Part shown: positions 12,369-26,299 of the stretch, piece after piece
How the letters are laid out: each line of letters starts with the position of its first letter
How positions within the stretch are numbered: position 1 is the first letter of the stretch
Assembly (NCBI RefSeq): GCF_006345805.1
Contig: NC_043020.1
Coordinates: 16,740,001-16,804,000, forward strand
DNA length: 64,000 nt
Direction: 5' to 3'
Source: Octopus sinensis
Lineage: Eukaryota
Notes under the pieces: model-generated
The model's database searches: none
Told to the model about the DNA's origin: nothing
Seen by the model: only the letters and a program-made list of their open reading frames with translations
Translations under genes and position numbers: made by a program

Positions 12369-12601
12369 AAGGCGGCGAGCTGGCAGAAACGTCAGCACGC
12401 CGGGCGAAATGCGTAGCCGTATTTTGTCTGCCGTTACGTTCTGAGTTCAAATTCCGCCGAGGTTGACTTTGCCTTTCATCCTTTCAGGGTCAATAAATTA
12501 AGTACCAGTTACGCACTGGGGTCGATATAATCGACTTAATACCTATGTCTGTCCTTGTTTGTCCCCTCTGTGTTTAGCCCCTTGTGGGCAGTAAAGAAAT
12601 A
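12369..12601 (+). mobile_element. SINE family C (tRNA-like head, Nin/Deu-like CTTTGCCTTTCATCCTTTCGGGGTCGATAAA segment), nested in an older family C copy
   Basis: TSD GATATTT at 12362-12368 and 12602-12608; ends AAGAAATA. Further decayed heads follow to about 12900. Confidence 0.85.
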
Positions 12602-12902
12602 GATATTTCATCCATCTTTATGTTCTGAGTTCAAATTCCACCAAGGTCAACTTTTCTTTATAAGGCAACAAGCTGGCAGAATCGATAGCAAGCCAGGCAA
12701 AATGATTAGTGTCATTTCATCCATCTTCACATTCTGAGTTCATGTTCTCTTGAGGTCAACTTTTCTCTATAAGGTGGTGAGCTGACAGAATCACTAACGA
12801 GCCAGGCAAAATATTTAGTGGCATTTCATCTGTCATTGCATTCTGAGTTCAAATTCCGCCAATTTGCCTTTCATTCTTTTGGCATCTATAAAATAAGTAC
12901 CA

Positions 12903-13310
12903 GTACAGGCATGGCTATGTGGTAAGAAGCTTGCTTCTCAGCCACGTGGTTCCAGGTTCAGTCCCACTGCATAGCACCTTGGGCAAGTGTCTTCTACTAT
13001 AGCTTCAGGCTGTCTAAAACCTTGTGAGTGGATTTGGTAAACGGAAACTGAAAGAAGCCCATCATATATATGTATATACATTTTTGTGTGTGTGTCTGTT
13101 TCTGTGTTTGTCCTCCCAACCATTGCTTGACAACAGATGTTGGTGTGCTTGTGTTTATGTCCCCGTAACTTAGCAGTTCAGCAAAAGAGGATAATAGAAT
13201 AAGTACTAGTCTTACAAAGAATAAGTCCTGGGGTCGATTTCTTTAACTAAAACCCTAAAACTCCATCATAGCTGCAGTCAAATGACTGAAACAAGTAAAA
13301 GAATAATAGA
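12903..13310 (+). mobile_element. SINE family B copy
   Basis: Same head, body and tail as 11607-11986, more diverged. Confidence 0.8.
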
Positions 13311-13500
13311 ATCAACTTAAGCCCTCCCCCAAGATTATTGGTTTTGAGCCAAAATTTGAAACCAATATCTTAGACATGGCTGTATTCCTGGTTCAAAACC
13401 ACTGGCAGCACCTTGGGCAAATGTTTTCTGCTATAGCTTTGAGTTGAGTCAACACTGGAATTTAGTAGATAGAAACTATTTAGAATAGATAGAACTATTT

Positions 13501-13732
13501 AAGGCTACGAGCTGGCAGAAACGTTAGCACGCCGGGCAAAATGCTTAGCGGTGTTTCATCTGTCTTTATGTTCTGAGTTCAAATTCCGCCGTGGTCGACT
13601 TTGCTTTTCATTCTTTCGGAGTCGATAAATAAAGTACCAATTACGCACTGGGGTCGATGTAATTGACTTAACCCCTTTGTCTGCCCTTGTTTGTCCCTTC
13701 TATGTTTAGCTCCTTGTGGGCAATAGAGAAAT
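13501..13732 (+). mobile_element. SINE family C copy
   Basis: Matches 30906-31138; approximate TSD AGAA(A)CTATTT on both sides. Confidence 0.82.
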
Positions 13733-14079
13733 AAGAAACTATTTAGAATCCCATAGTGTGTCTGTGTGTACTTTTAGTTTTACTCGTTTCAACCAGAACC
13801 TGTGGCTATGTGCAATTACCTGTATGTAAATGTTTGATTCCACGTGGCTTCACATTGACACAGTTTGGACAACAGTGTTTCCATCTCCTCTTAGTATGTT
13901 CCATACCTCATAAGACTAATGGAGTGAAATGTATCATTCTTGCTAATTAATTACGGGTTGGTGACAGAAAGTGCATCTGACCATATAAATACTGAAGTAC
14001 TGCTTCAAGGAGCTGTATTCAACCCACACAAACATGGTAAAAGTGACTGTAAAAATGGTGATGATAATAGTTTCAAATT

Positions 14080-14466
14080 TTGCCACAAGGGCAGCTATTT
14101 TGGAGGAAGGGATGAATCGATTACATTGACCCCAGTGTTTCACTGGTACTTAATTTATAGACTCTGAAAGAATGAAAGGCAAAGTCGGCCTCGGCGGAAT
14201 TTGAACTCAAAATGTAGTGGCAGATGAAATACCTATTTCTTTACTACCCACAAGGGGCTAAACACAGAGGGGACAAACAAGGACAGACATAGGTATTAAG
14301 TCGATTACATCGACCCCAGTGCGTAACTGGTACTTAATTTATCGACCCCGAAAGGATGAAAGGCAAAGTCGGCCTCGGCGGAATTTGAACTCAAAACGTA
14401 GTGGCAGATGAAATACCGCTAAGCATTTCGTCCAGCGTGCTAACGATTCAGCCAGCTCGCCACCTT
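14080..14466 (-). mobile_element. SINE family C full copy (14234-14466) joined to a partial second copy
   Basis: Reverse complement of the family C consensus; its 3' end runs directly into GGTATTTCATCTGCC of another copy. Confidence 0.8.
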
Positions 14467-15286
14467 TGATGATAATGGTGATGGTAATGAGAGCCAACTT
14501 AGCAGCATATTGACCTTGGGCAAATCAGTTCATAAGTTCCATAGTATATTTTTATTGACAGCAAGCTGTGGTATACATAGATTACAGGTAGGCACTTAGA
14601 TCCATGACACACCTGGACAACTGCACAGTGTACCCATGCCTTAAGATGGTTCTTCTTTTTTTTCTTATGACTTTAATGGAGAGAGGCAAGTCAACTGATA
14701 CTTATTTTATTGACCCCAAAAGAATGAAAAGCAAAGTTGACCTCGGTGGAATTTGAACTCAGAAAGTGAAGACTGGCGAAATGTTGCCTAGCGTTTTGTC
14801 TGGCATGCTAGCAATTCTGTCAGCTCACTGGAGTATTAATTAAAGAATACTAATATCCTGTCTTATCTACTTGACCCTATGAAACTATGGCTAGGCACTG
14901 GCTATTACGAAATCCTTCTCTTCATATTATGTTTACATGTTCACTTACCCACCCACAAAAGCACTGACCGATGGAGAAAAGGAGTCACACACACACACAC
15001 ACACACACGTAACTCCCCCTCTCTCTCTCTCACACACACATGTACATGTTTCAAATGCTACTTATAAACTAGAAGCCACTCTCAAAGTACTCGGGATGGA
15101 TTAGATGTCAAGATCAATATTATATATTCTATTTGATAAGCATGAGTGAAGCATGTAGCTAATTGTAACAAATCATTTTTATTTTTAATTTAATCTAAAG
15201 CACAATATTTCTCTTCTTTCTCTCTTTCCTTTCTCTCTCCTCTTGCTCTCTCTCTCTCTCTCTCTCTCCCTCCCTATATGTATATA

Positions 15287-15680
15287 TATTATATAAAATC
15301 CGTTCTGTCTGTGTGTGTGTGTGTCTTCTAGGATCTCAGGCATCCTCCATCCAATTGCGCTCAAATTTGATATGTAGATACCGATGGTATCAGGGCGTGT
15401 ATGAGTCTTGAAAAAATTACACTAATCAATTCCAGGTGAGAATGCAATTGATAAAGCCGTGGGAACGTGCATTTGTATGCACAAGTACATCAGCTGTTGT
15501 GATCGATACTATGCGTGTGCGAAAAAAATGCACAGTGTCTCAAATTTAGGTTAAATCAGTGTTTCTCAAAGCGGAGGCCTATGAGACGGTCGGACAAGTT
15601 GTTTTGAGAAAATTTGCTTTAAATGTTTGATAACTCAGCACCATCCATTGGACGGTGGGGGGGGGGACCTTTTGCTCGTA
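15287..15680 (+). mobile_element. Non-autonomous Helitron-like element, second family; inverted copy at 35076-35500
   Basis: Begins TATATAAAATCCG followed by (TG)n; a shared ~390-bp body (GATATGTAGATACCGATGGTATCAGGG, GTACATCAGCTGTTG, GAGGCCTATG) is seen reversed at 35076-35500. Confidence 0.6.
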
Positions 15681-16138
15681 ATATATATTTAAAATGTGGA
15701 GGCACATGGTCTAGTGGTTAGACCACATGGTCTAGTGGTTAGGTTGTTGCAATCATGATTGCTAGATCATGGGTTCAATTCCCTGACCTGGTGATGCTTT
15801 GTGTTCTTCAGCAAAACACTTCACTTTACATTACTCCAATCCCCCTTCAATCAGCGGGGATTGTTGGCCTGCTCACCTAACCAACTGGGTGGCATCATTT
15901 GAACATTTGAAAGCTAAAACAATGCAAAGCACATAGTGACCAGCGATGTGTAACAACATCTGTTAGCCTGGTTGATCATGCAATCACGTGATATATTTAA
16001 AATAGTTTGATTTGGCTTTTTGCAACTTAGTTTCATGGGCCTCTAACAAAAGTCCATCTCTTTCAGGCTTAAATTACCAAAATAATACATGTGACTCCTA
16101 CTAAATATGTTGCGTGCCTTTTCTTTTATTGTCCACTC

Positions 16139-17360
<1,222 letters not shown>

Positions 17361-18176
17361 ACTAGTGACCGAGACTTTTGGAAATATGTTCTGCTTGAGA
17401 AGACCCGGGGCAAGCCAACCTCGTGGCCTATGCCAGGGGCATAACAAGCCCACTTATGTATACCTTCTCCTTCTTTGGACACTTAACTCTGCTTGCAAAG
17501 ACCTGTTGAGGCAAGTGAAATCGAAATCAAATTCGATGATTGGCGTTCATCCAAGTGGGGTGCAAAGAGCACCATCCGAGAGTGATCATTGACAGAGCGG
17601 CTAACTGGGTTCCGTGCTCGTGGCACATAAAAGGCATCATTCGAGTGTGATCATTACCAGCATCACCGTACTGGCACTTGTGCTGGTGGTACATGTAAAA
17701 ACATTCGAGCGAGGTCGTTGCCAGTACCCCTTGACTAGCCCCTGTGCCGGTGGCACGTAAAAGCACCCACTACACTCTCGGAGTAGTTGGCGTTAGGAAG
17801 GGCATCCAGCTGTAGAAACTCTGCCAGATCAAGATTGGAGCCTGGTGCAGCCATCTTGTTCGCCATCACTTCCCTGACTTGGTGAGGCTCCTCGGCAACT
17901 GCTCAGTTGTGTCCATGCTTCAAGGCAGCAATAGCTACCATAGCAAAACTCATATTGTGCATAGTCTACACAACAAACAGATGAAACACCAAAAAGTAAA
18001 ACTGATTTTGCACATAAGCACAATTGTGGACCACCATCCACAAATCACAGATTTACACACCCCTTTGAAAAACAGGTGCATCCGATGTCACAATAGAGAC
18101 TCGGGTAAAGATGTTGAAAACATAATGATAACGTTAAATTGTTACTTTTTAATTAATTGAAGTTTATTTGTTTTAG

Positions 18177-18249
18177 ATTTTCAGGTACCATACGCCATAG
18201 TTGTACTTCTTCAAAATGATCTAGTTGTTGTGGATCTCACAGTCCAAGG
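18177..18249 (+). CDS. STXBP5: Tomosyn exon (DFQVPYAIVVLLQNDLVVVDLTVQG)
   Basis: Acceptor ttttag| at 18176 and donor |gtaagt at 18250; 73 nt; matches the tomosyn/Lgl LLGL-domain motif DFQEPYAVVVLLEKDLV. Confidence 0.92.
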
Positions 18250-19265
18250 GTAAGTACAATGTTGTTGTTTTCTAAATTTGTTGAGGGGGAAAACAAGGCA
18301 GTTTCCAGTGTGATAAATAAATACACTTTAGTGGATATAGTCTAATGTATATGCTGAGACTCAAAAAAAATAATAGGTTGGTCAAGTTTGAAATGTCTTT
18401 AATTCCAAGTCTGTTTGATTAAAACCAACTTGAGAGCTAATCAGCATTAATGAAGACTTTACCATATTAATAATATAGACGGTACTGCCATAGATATTAA
18501 TAATATAGACGGTACTGCCATAGACTATACTATAACTGTTAGTGCTGGTTGTACTATAACTATTAGTGGAAGCTATATTATAAGCTATACTATAGTTGTT
18601 AGTGTAAGCTATACTATAACTATCAATGTAGGCTATACTATTGAATGCTGTAGAGTAATCTCTGTGAGCCAAGTCAACTATTTGTGATCACTTCATTTCT
18701 CTAACAGTATACCATGGTACTTGGCAAAGGCATTAACATGACAACTAACTTACCCACTTCCTCTGTTCATAACAAGCTCTCTCTCTCCAGACATGCATGA
18801 GATGTAGTCAGTGTTTGTATTTCCTTTATATGCAGATAATATTTATATATTTCATCATTACCAGCATCGCCTTACTGCCACTTGTGCAGGTGGCACATGA
18901 AAAAACATTCGAGCGAGGTCGTTGCCAGTGCCGCTGGACTGGTTCCTGTGCAGGTGGCACATAAAAAGCACTATTTGAGCATGGCCATTGCCAGTACCGC
19001 CTGACTGGCCCTCATGCTGGTGGCAAGTAAAAGCACCTACTACACTCTCAGAGTGGTTGGCATTAGGAAGGGCATCCAGCTGTAGAAACTCTGCCAGATC
19101 AGATTGGAGTCTGGTGCAACCATCTGGTTCACCAGACCTCAGTCAAATCGTCCAACCCATGCTAGCATGGAAAGCAGACGTTAAACGATGATGATGATGA
19201 TGAATTTATAAATACACATATATGAATATCACTGGCATGTAAAATAAATACAAACATTAATAACT

Positions 19266-19566
19266 CTAGTCGAGCTAAACAGTTCTTTGTGAAGATAATA
19301 GGGATGGTGCTTGGACTCAAAAGATCAACCATTATAAAAACCTCCTTGAGAAATGTGAAAACACAGGCATGAAAGCAGAGCATTTTCCAATTGAAGTTGG
19401 GTGTAGAGGATTCATTGGACACAATGTGAGGCAATTGTTGTTGTTGCTTGGCCTAACTCATCATAAAGCAAATACCATTATGATTGATATTCAGGTTATA
19501 GTGGAGAAAACAAGCTACTGGATTAAGTTAAAAAGATGCGATGAGCAATGGCTAGAAGAATATTGA
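19266..19566 (+). mobile_element. 3' fragment of a non-LTR retrotransposon with a restriction-like endonuclease (HERO/NeSL-type)
   Basis: With one frameshift it reads LVEL(T)VLCED...KINHYKNLLEKCENTGMKAEHFPIEVGCRGF...LLGL...EKTSYWIKLKR...W*, matching the recalled ELTVPWE...KY..L...P(I/V)EVGCRGF RLE C-terminus. Confidence 0.8.
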
Positions 19567-19839
19567 GTGAAACTTAGTAACTTGTTGATCTAGCAAACAG
19601 GGCCTTATTTCAGCAAGGGAGTGGGCTGGTGCACAGTAATGCCATTTAGAGGAAGGGCCCCAATACAGTACGCATTCTCTCCTGATGACCCCAATAGCTT
19701 GCCATCATCCGGTATGTGAAACACACACCCACATCTCTCTAATACTTACACTTTATAAATATACAAATATCACGAAAAGAAATTTCTTTAAAAGAACTTT
19801 TAAAACAGTATTTTTTTGTTTTCCTTTCTATTTCCACAG

Positions 19840-19987
19840 CTATCCGTGTTTTGAAAACCCTTATCCTATGGACATTCATGAGTCTCCTGTAACTGCCTGC
19901 CAGTACTATGCAGATTGCCCTCCAGACTTAATACCTGCCTTCTATTCTGTTGGATCAAAACAGAAAAAAACTGGTTTCAGCGAGAAT
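19840..19987 (+). CDS. STXBP5: Tomosyn exon (YPCFENPYPMDIHESPVTACQYYADCPPDLIPAFYSVGSKQKKTGFSEN)
   Basis: Acceptor tttccacag| and donor |gtgagt; 148 nt; phase 2 in, phase 0 out; highly conserved FENPYP..IHESPVT motif. Confidence 0.96.
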
Positions 19988-20324
19988 GTGAGTTCTTTTG
20001 TTTTCCTTTTAAACTTCATAAAATTTACCAAAAGCTTCCAATTATTCTTCAAAGTTTACAGTGGAAGAAGAAACTAACAGAAATGATTTGGCATTTAGTT
20101 TTCTCCCACTCTCTTCCCAAATCTTGGTGGCATTGACCCTGCCTTTTGACCTTCTGGAATCGATAAAGTTACTGCAACACATATTAGGCTCTCTTCCATT
20201 GATTATAGTCCCCCACTTTACATCGTCTTTTGATGCCAACCTGATGCCTGCCTGGAATGTATTTCATTCATATATTTCTGTCACAAAGATATTAATTCTT
20301 CTCTAACTCTTTAACATTTAAACT

Positions 20325-20570
20325 AGCCACATCTAATCAAAATATTTTACATGTTCAATATTCAAAATGGTCAGATCAGGCCTCTCACACCTACCCTAAA
20401 ATGTCGTTATAAAAACAACAGTCACATCATTGAAATTTCAAAGCTACAAGATAATGCATGATTATTTCAAAACTATGTGAATAAAAAGCATTGCATTTGA
20501 CTGAGTAATCCGAATGCTGTGAATAAAAAGCATTGCATTTGACTGAGTAATCCGAATGCTAAATGGTTAA
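20325..20570. mobile_element. piggyBac-type MITE family (TTAA-CCCTTTAGCATT...AATGCTAAAGGG-TTAA); other copies near 32715-32935 and 47105-47330
   Basis: Short TIRs with TTAA flanks and a shared internal sequence; this copy has a ~41-bp internal tandem duplication near 20477-20560. Confidence 0.7.
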
Positions 20571-22146
20571 ACTTCAAAGGCTCACATCATGGATTGGCAA
20601 AGTCATTGGGGCACTGGACAATACTTGCAGAATTTAGTTCCAGTTCTTTACATTCTGAAAGCAAATCCTGCCAGAGTCCATTTGATAGGTGGTCCCTGAA
20701 TATTGGGATCAATTTAATATTCCTTTAAAGTCATTTTAGATGTAAATGGAAGTAGATTCTAAAACTAAGACCAATATTTAATTCTGGTTTCTGTAGTGGC
20801 ATGAAGGCGATGAGCCTGATTTCCTTCTGCTTAGAATGTCGACCTGTTACCAGTTTTATTTTCCACCATATATGATACCCCTTTGCAGCAGCTAAAAAAA
20901 AATGGGTAAGGTGTCTTTTCTAGAGAAATAACAACCAAAATACCTGCAATGGATTTGAACTATTAATTTCAATATCATATCCACATGGCCATTTTGCTTC
21001 TACTTGCTGAAAAACTGCATAGAACCATATACCACTCCAAATACTGTGGAATTTAAGTACCAAAACTAAATTGGTTTTGGCTTACAAACAGACCAACATG
21101 AAAGCCTTTCTTGTGACATTAACAATGAAATGTCTTTCAAATTCCATTCTGATGTCTTAAAAAAAAGGCAAGACACAGTAGATATGAGGTTAAATACTAT
21201 GGCCATCACTTGCAATCAAGTGTGATTTGAGTGCATCGACCATGCTGTTGCCAATCAGTGTAGGTACCCCTGTAGTTGCAAGCAGATACCAACACCTTCT
21301 TGTCCCCTGACCCAGTTGACCATCAAAGATGTAACAGCTGGAAGGAGAAAGAGAGCTGTACCAGAATTGGGGTGGTATTTCGTTTATTGACACCAAAAGA
21401 ATGAAAGTCAAAGTTGACCTCAGCAAGATTTTAACTCTGAATGCAGAAAACAAGAACAATGCAATTTATGCAACACCATAATGACTCTGCTAATCACCCA
21501 TACAATGTCTGAACAACAGATAGGCTGGTCATGACTACATCTTTGATCATAGATCTGTCAGATCAGAGCTGACCTGAGACTTGTCAACATTTCTTATAGT
21601 GATGTGAATATCTGTTCATAAATTCCGCCAAAAATTATATTTAGAACTATAGAGGGTGGAATTTATGTTCACAGATGAGCTGAGTAGAGACATCGACTAA
21701 ACTGAATATGTGATGAGGTTTTTCCTGTGCTTTTAATTGTAAATCTCGATTGCAAATTGAATTTTTGTTGTAGAGCCTGTTTGGAATAGAATTAAGAAAT
21801 GGGATTATTGAGAAGCAGGAAAAATGTATTAAAGAAAATATGATAATAGGGAAAGAAATATGTGTAGAAAATGATAGCCTTTAAGCAACAACAAATGTAA
21901 GTTGGATGAAACTGGAGCAAAGAGAAGGAAACCTGGACTTGTGGTTATTAATTATAATATTGTTAGTTTAATTGCTGATAAGGCTACAGTATTTCTTTTT
22001 GTAACTATAATATACTGCCAAGTATTTTAAAAGTCAATATTCGTATAGATTTTCTATAGAATTCAAAGCCAGCACAGCAAATGATGACATTTTGTAAACA
22101 AATACATCTGTAAACAACGTGATCAAAGACAGGAAAATAAGTAATG

Positions 22147-22191
22147 GGTGTATATGCACATTTTAAGAGTTGTTGCTCTTTCATCAGCACC
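22147..22191 (-). ncRNA. Type I hammerhead motif, G12A mutant, stems intact
   Basis: GGUG-CUGAUGA-AAGAG/caacaa/CUCUU-AAAA-UG-UGCA-UA-UA|CACC. Confidence 0.7.
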
Positions 22192-22547
22192 ACATCCAAC
22201 TCATCAACTATGCGCAGATACATTCCTTTAGTACCCAAAACACATTCCTGGCAACTGGTACATATTAATTTCTGATAAAGCCACAGTATTTTGTTTCATA
22301 ACCACAACATATTATAAAGTATATTACAGGCTTACAAGCCAATGTTATGTCTTACCATGTATTAGCAGTGCTTATATTTTCACTTTTAAGTTTATCTCTG
22401 TAGATTCTCTATAGAGTTCAGTGCCAGCACTGAAAGTTATGTTTCATAAATATCTTTAAGTAAACAATGCGATTGAAGATAGAAAAAATAAATAATAGGT
22501 GTATATGCCTATCTCAAGTGTTCATGGACAGTTGATGAGTTAACTGA

Positions 22548-22593
22548 GGTACTGATGAAAGGGCAATAACCCTTGAAATATGCATATACAACC
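22548..22593 (+). ncRNA. Type I hammerhead motif, core intact, stem I damaged
   Basis: GGUA-CUGAUGA-AAGGG/caauaa/CCCUU-GAAA-UA-UGCA-UA-UA|CAACC; the stem III region AUAUGCAUAU is self-complementary. Confidence 0.72.
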
Positions 22594-23625
22594 ATTATCT
22601 ATTTTTTCTATTACATTATTTACATTGATGTATTTGTTTATGAAACTCTAAATATAAAAGAAAGCAAATGTTGTCCACATCCCATGCTCTTTGTTCTTAG
22701 GAGAAATATTTAAACTACTTAACAGCAACATAGACTATTTTCCAGCATACAAGTCAATGTTGTATATAGGGCAAACATGTAGTGTAACATTCAAACATTG
22801 TCACTATTCTTCCAAAACTTGCTACATTTCACATGGAATTTTTGGTCCTTCAAAGTTGTCTTGGTGTATAAGTTAAACTACCTTCTTTTGGCTGTAAATT
22901 TTGGTCGGAAAAATTTGACTTGAATGCCAGAAAATATGGTATTTTATTATTTTTGCAATGAAAGCAAGTTGTTCTAACTTGGTTTTCTTGCTTTGAATTC
23001 TTATATAAAACCAATGAGGTAGGTTTTACATACTTATACTTGACCTGCTAGAAATAACAAGGAAATCACACTTTGATTTCTTTAAAAAACAATTACACAG
23101 ATAATGTTGGAGTTGAGGAGTTATTATTAGTAAGATTTTACACCTGGCTTTTGTCTATCTTTTCCAAACATGAAAGTATAAAAAAATTAAAAGTAAAATA
23201 AATGTGAAATTGAAATGTAAAAAAATGTACAATGATTTATTCAAAAATGGATGTTTGATTTTGTCTTTTTCTTTTTGCTTTTCCATGATATATAATCTTG
23301 TCTAGAATCTTCTTGTTAGTAGTCCTATTGTCAGATTTCATATGGTTTATAAGTCTAACTGATGGGTTTGACTTAAAATTGGGCTTATGGGCTTTGACTG
23401 TAAAGTAAGGTAATGTTACTGTATGGAATTTCAACACAACATTTTGTCCTTTTGTTAAGCAATTCTGTTTGGGGTTTTGTTGTTGTTTTTTGCTTTTTTT
23501 TTTTTTTGAGGCGGGGGTGTAATTTCTAAACCTTGACTTTGACATTTTTTGTCTTCTTTATTTGCTAACTAACTTTTCCCTGTCTTAATAAACTAACTTT
23601 GCTCTATGATTATTTGTTCTTAAAG

Positions 23626-23693
23626 GGATGGCCAATAAAAGGTGGTGAATGGGGAACAACAACTTGCAGCTACCCTGAGATCATTTTAACTGG
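23626..23693 (+). CDS. STXBP5: Tomosyn exon (GWPIKGGEWGTTTCSYPEIILTG)
   Basis: Acceptor ttcttaaag| and donor |gtaact; 68 nt; matches WPINGGNWG...SYPEIIITG. Confidence 0.95.
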
Positions 23694-24318
23694 GTAACTT
23701 TCTCTTTTTACTGATTTTTTTAAAAATCAAATATTTTTTTTAAACATGCTTTCATTTTATTTTCATTTGTTTGCTTAAATTGTTGATTTTATTTACAAAA
23801 TAAAATCAACAGTCAATGATTATAAAACAACTTTTATTTTATTAGTATTATTATTATAAATGTATGTTTTTTTTAATTAAATGTAATTTTACCACATTTG
23901 TTAAGCATGTCTTCAGTCTGACAAACTAGCTTTGATTTTCTTTTGGTTTTCCTTTCTCCTTAGTCATGTTTTGTGTCTAGAGGAATTCCAAAAATCTTTG
24001 TTACATGTATTTAAGCTTCCAGCATCTGCTCACTAAATATCTAACAACCATGGATGAATCTTAGTGTTTTGTTTTTTCATAAACAATTTTTTTTTTTAAT
24101 TCTATTTAAGCGTAGGTGTGTTCTTGGCTTATCAAACTTCTTACAACATTATATCACTGACAGAACACGAATATAAAAACATCAGCCTTCAGATATTAAC
24201 AATCAATCAGCAGATAGCTTGCTAGCTTGCTATGCTAGCTGTGTCTATCTGTCCCTCTCCCAATTCTCCCTTTCTTTCTCATTCTGTCTCTCATCTTTTT
24301 CTGTCTGTCTTTTTCATG

Positions 24319-24349
<31 letters not shown>

Positions 24350-24550
24350 ACACCACACACACACATTTTTCCATCAGCACTTTGCCCTCTCTCTTTACCT
24401 CTTATACTCAGTCTCAGCCCCTTCTCCATAGTTATTCCATAGATATGTGTGTGTGTGTAACAAATATTTGGTTTATTTGTGTGTGTTAGTGTGTGTATAT
24501 ATACATACACACACACACACACACACACAATATACTATATATATATATAT

Positions 24551-24591
<41 letters not shown>

Positions 24592-24679
24592 AAATATGAT
24601 TTTATATTGTTTTACTCACACACACATGTAACAAATTGGATTTATTATAGATGTGTGCATGTATGTATATGTATGTATG

Positions 24680-24729
<50 letters not shown>

Positions 24730-25747
24730 TAAAAGAAATATGATGTTTATATTTGTGTTACACACACACTAGAGAGAGAGAGAGAGAGTGGGGGACTGTT
24801 TGTTGTTGCACAAGTATAGTGGTTTGAATATGAACGAGGCTAAATATTTTTTCCCCAGCTACCTTGTCTCTTATCCATCAATACCACTTTCTCTTGATTA
24901 CATTTTTCCAATATTCAATCCTATCCAGTTTCCATTTCTCTCCGCTGCTTCCATCCCATAAGCCATCTGCTCCCACGAACGCTCCAGCCAAGAGAGTTTT
25001 ACTGACATTGAAAGACACTAATCTACTTGAACACTCATCTTAATTTCATACATTCACTTATTAATCTTAATCCAATATCTTCTAATTCACTTGCTTCAGT
25101 TCTCCAGATCTATTTACCTACTCTTAATTTATATATTTCCAGTCCTACTCACCCTTACGTTCATTTATTTGGTCTACCTTGATATTTGCTCATTAGAAAT
25201 AATTTGTAATTATTCCTATGCTCTTATAGTAAGTAACCTAACTTCGAAAACTGGGCAACCAAAAAATTAAAATCTGCTTCGTTCAGTTTCTGCTAGCTAT
25301 GAATTCTACTTGCTATTAGATTATAACTTCAGGCTGCAAGTTAGCAGAATTGTTAGCATGCTGGGTAAAATGCTTAACAGCTTTTTGTTTGTCTTTATGT
25401 TCTGAGTTCAAATTCCACCAAGGCTGACTTTGTATTTCATCCTTTCAGGGTCAGTAAAATAAGCACTAATTCAGCACTGGTGACAAAGTAATCAACTTAC
25501 TCTCTCCCCCAGATTTGCTAGCCTTGCTCCAAAATGACTCTAAATGGCAGTGAACTGGCAGAATTATTTGCACATCAGGCAAAATACTTAACGGCATTTT
25601 GTTTCTCTTTACATTCTGAGTTCAAATTCCTCTAAGATTGACTTTGTCTTTCCTCTTTTGGGAATGTTATGCACTGGGGCCAATTTAATCAACTTAATCC
25701 CTCCCCAAACATTGCTGGCCTTGTGCCAAAAATTTGAAACCAATATT

Positions 25748-25913
25748 AGGAGTGGCTGTGTGGTAAGTAGCTTGCTTACTAACCACATGGTTCCGGGTTC
25801 AGTCCCACTGTGTGGCACCTTGGTCAAGTGTCTTCTACTATAGCCTCAGGCCGACCAAAGCCTTGTGAGTGGATTTGGTAGACAGAAACTGAAAGAAGCC
25901 TGTTGTATATATA

Positions 25914-25967
<54 letters not shown>

Positions 25968-26198
25968 TATATATATGTGTGTGTGTGTATTTGTGTGTTT
26001 GTCCCCCCGAACATTGCTTGACAACTGATGCTGGTGTGTTTACGTCCCCATAATCTAGCAGTTCAGCAAAAGAGACCAATAGAATAAGTACTAGGCTTAC
26101 AAAGAATAAGTCCTGGGGTTGATTTGCTCGATTGACTAAAGGTGGTGCTCCAGCATGGCCGCAGTCAAATGACTGAAACAAGTAAAAGAGTAAAGAGT
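25748..26198 (+). mobile_element. SINE family B, full length
   Basis: Head, CORE-like block, ~90-bp internal (TA/TG)n, and (AAAGAGT)2 tail. Confidence 0.87.
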
Positions 26199-26299
26199 TG
26201 GCTAAATGAGTCAGAATAAGACAGCAAAATCTCTAGTGTTATCTTCAGTACTTGCTTTACTATGTCAGCAGATAGTGCAATGACCTTGATCCTCTAGAG

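Noticed and set aside
14571-14597. Possible micro-exon between acag| and |gtaggc
   Set aside because: No similarity to the expected upstream tomosyn peptide in any frame.
18177-18184. Alternative acceptor ttttcag| at 18184
   Set aside because: It would drop the conserved DFQ and change the phase; homology favours 18177.
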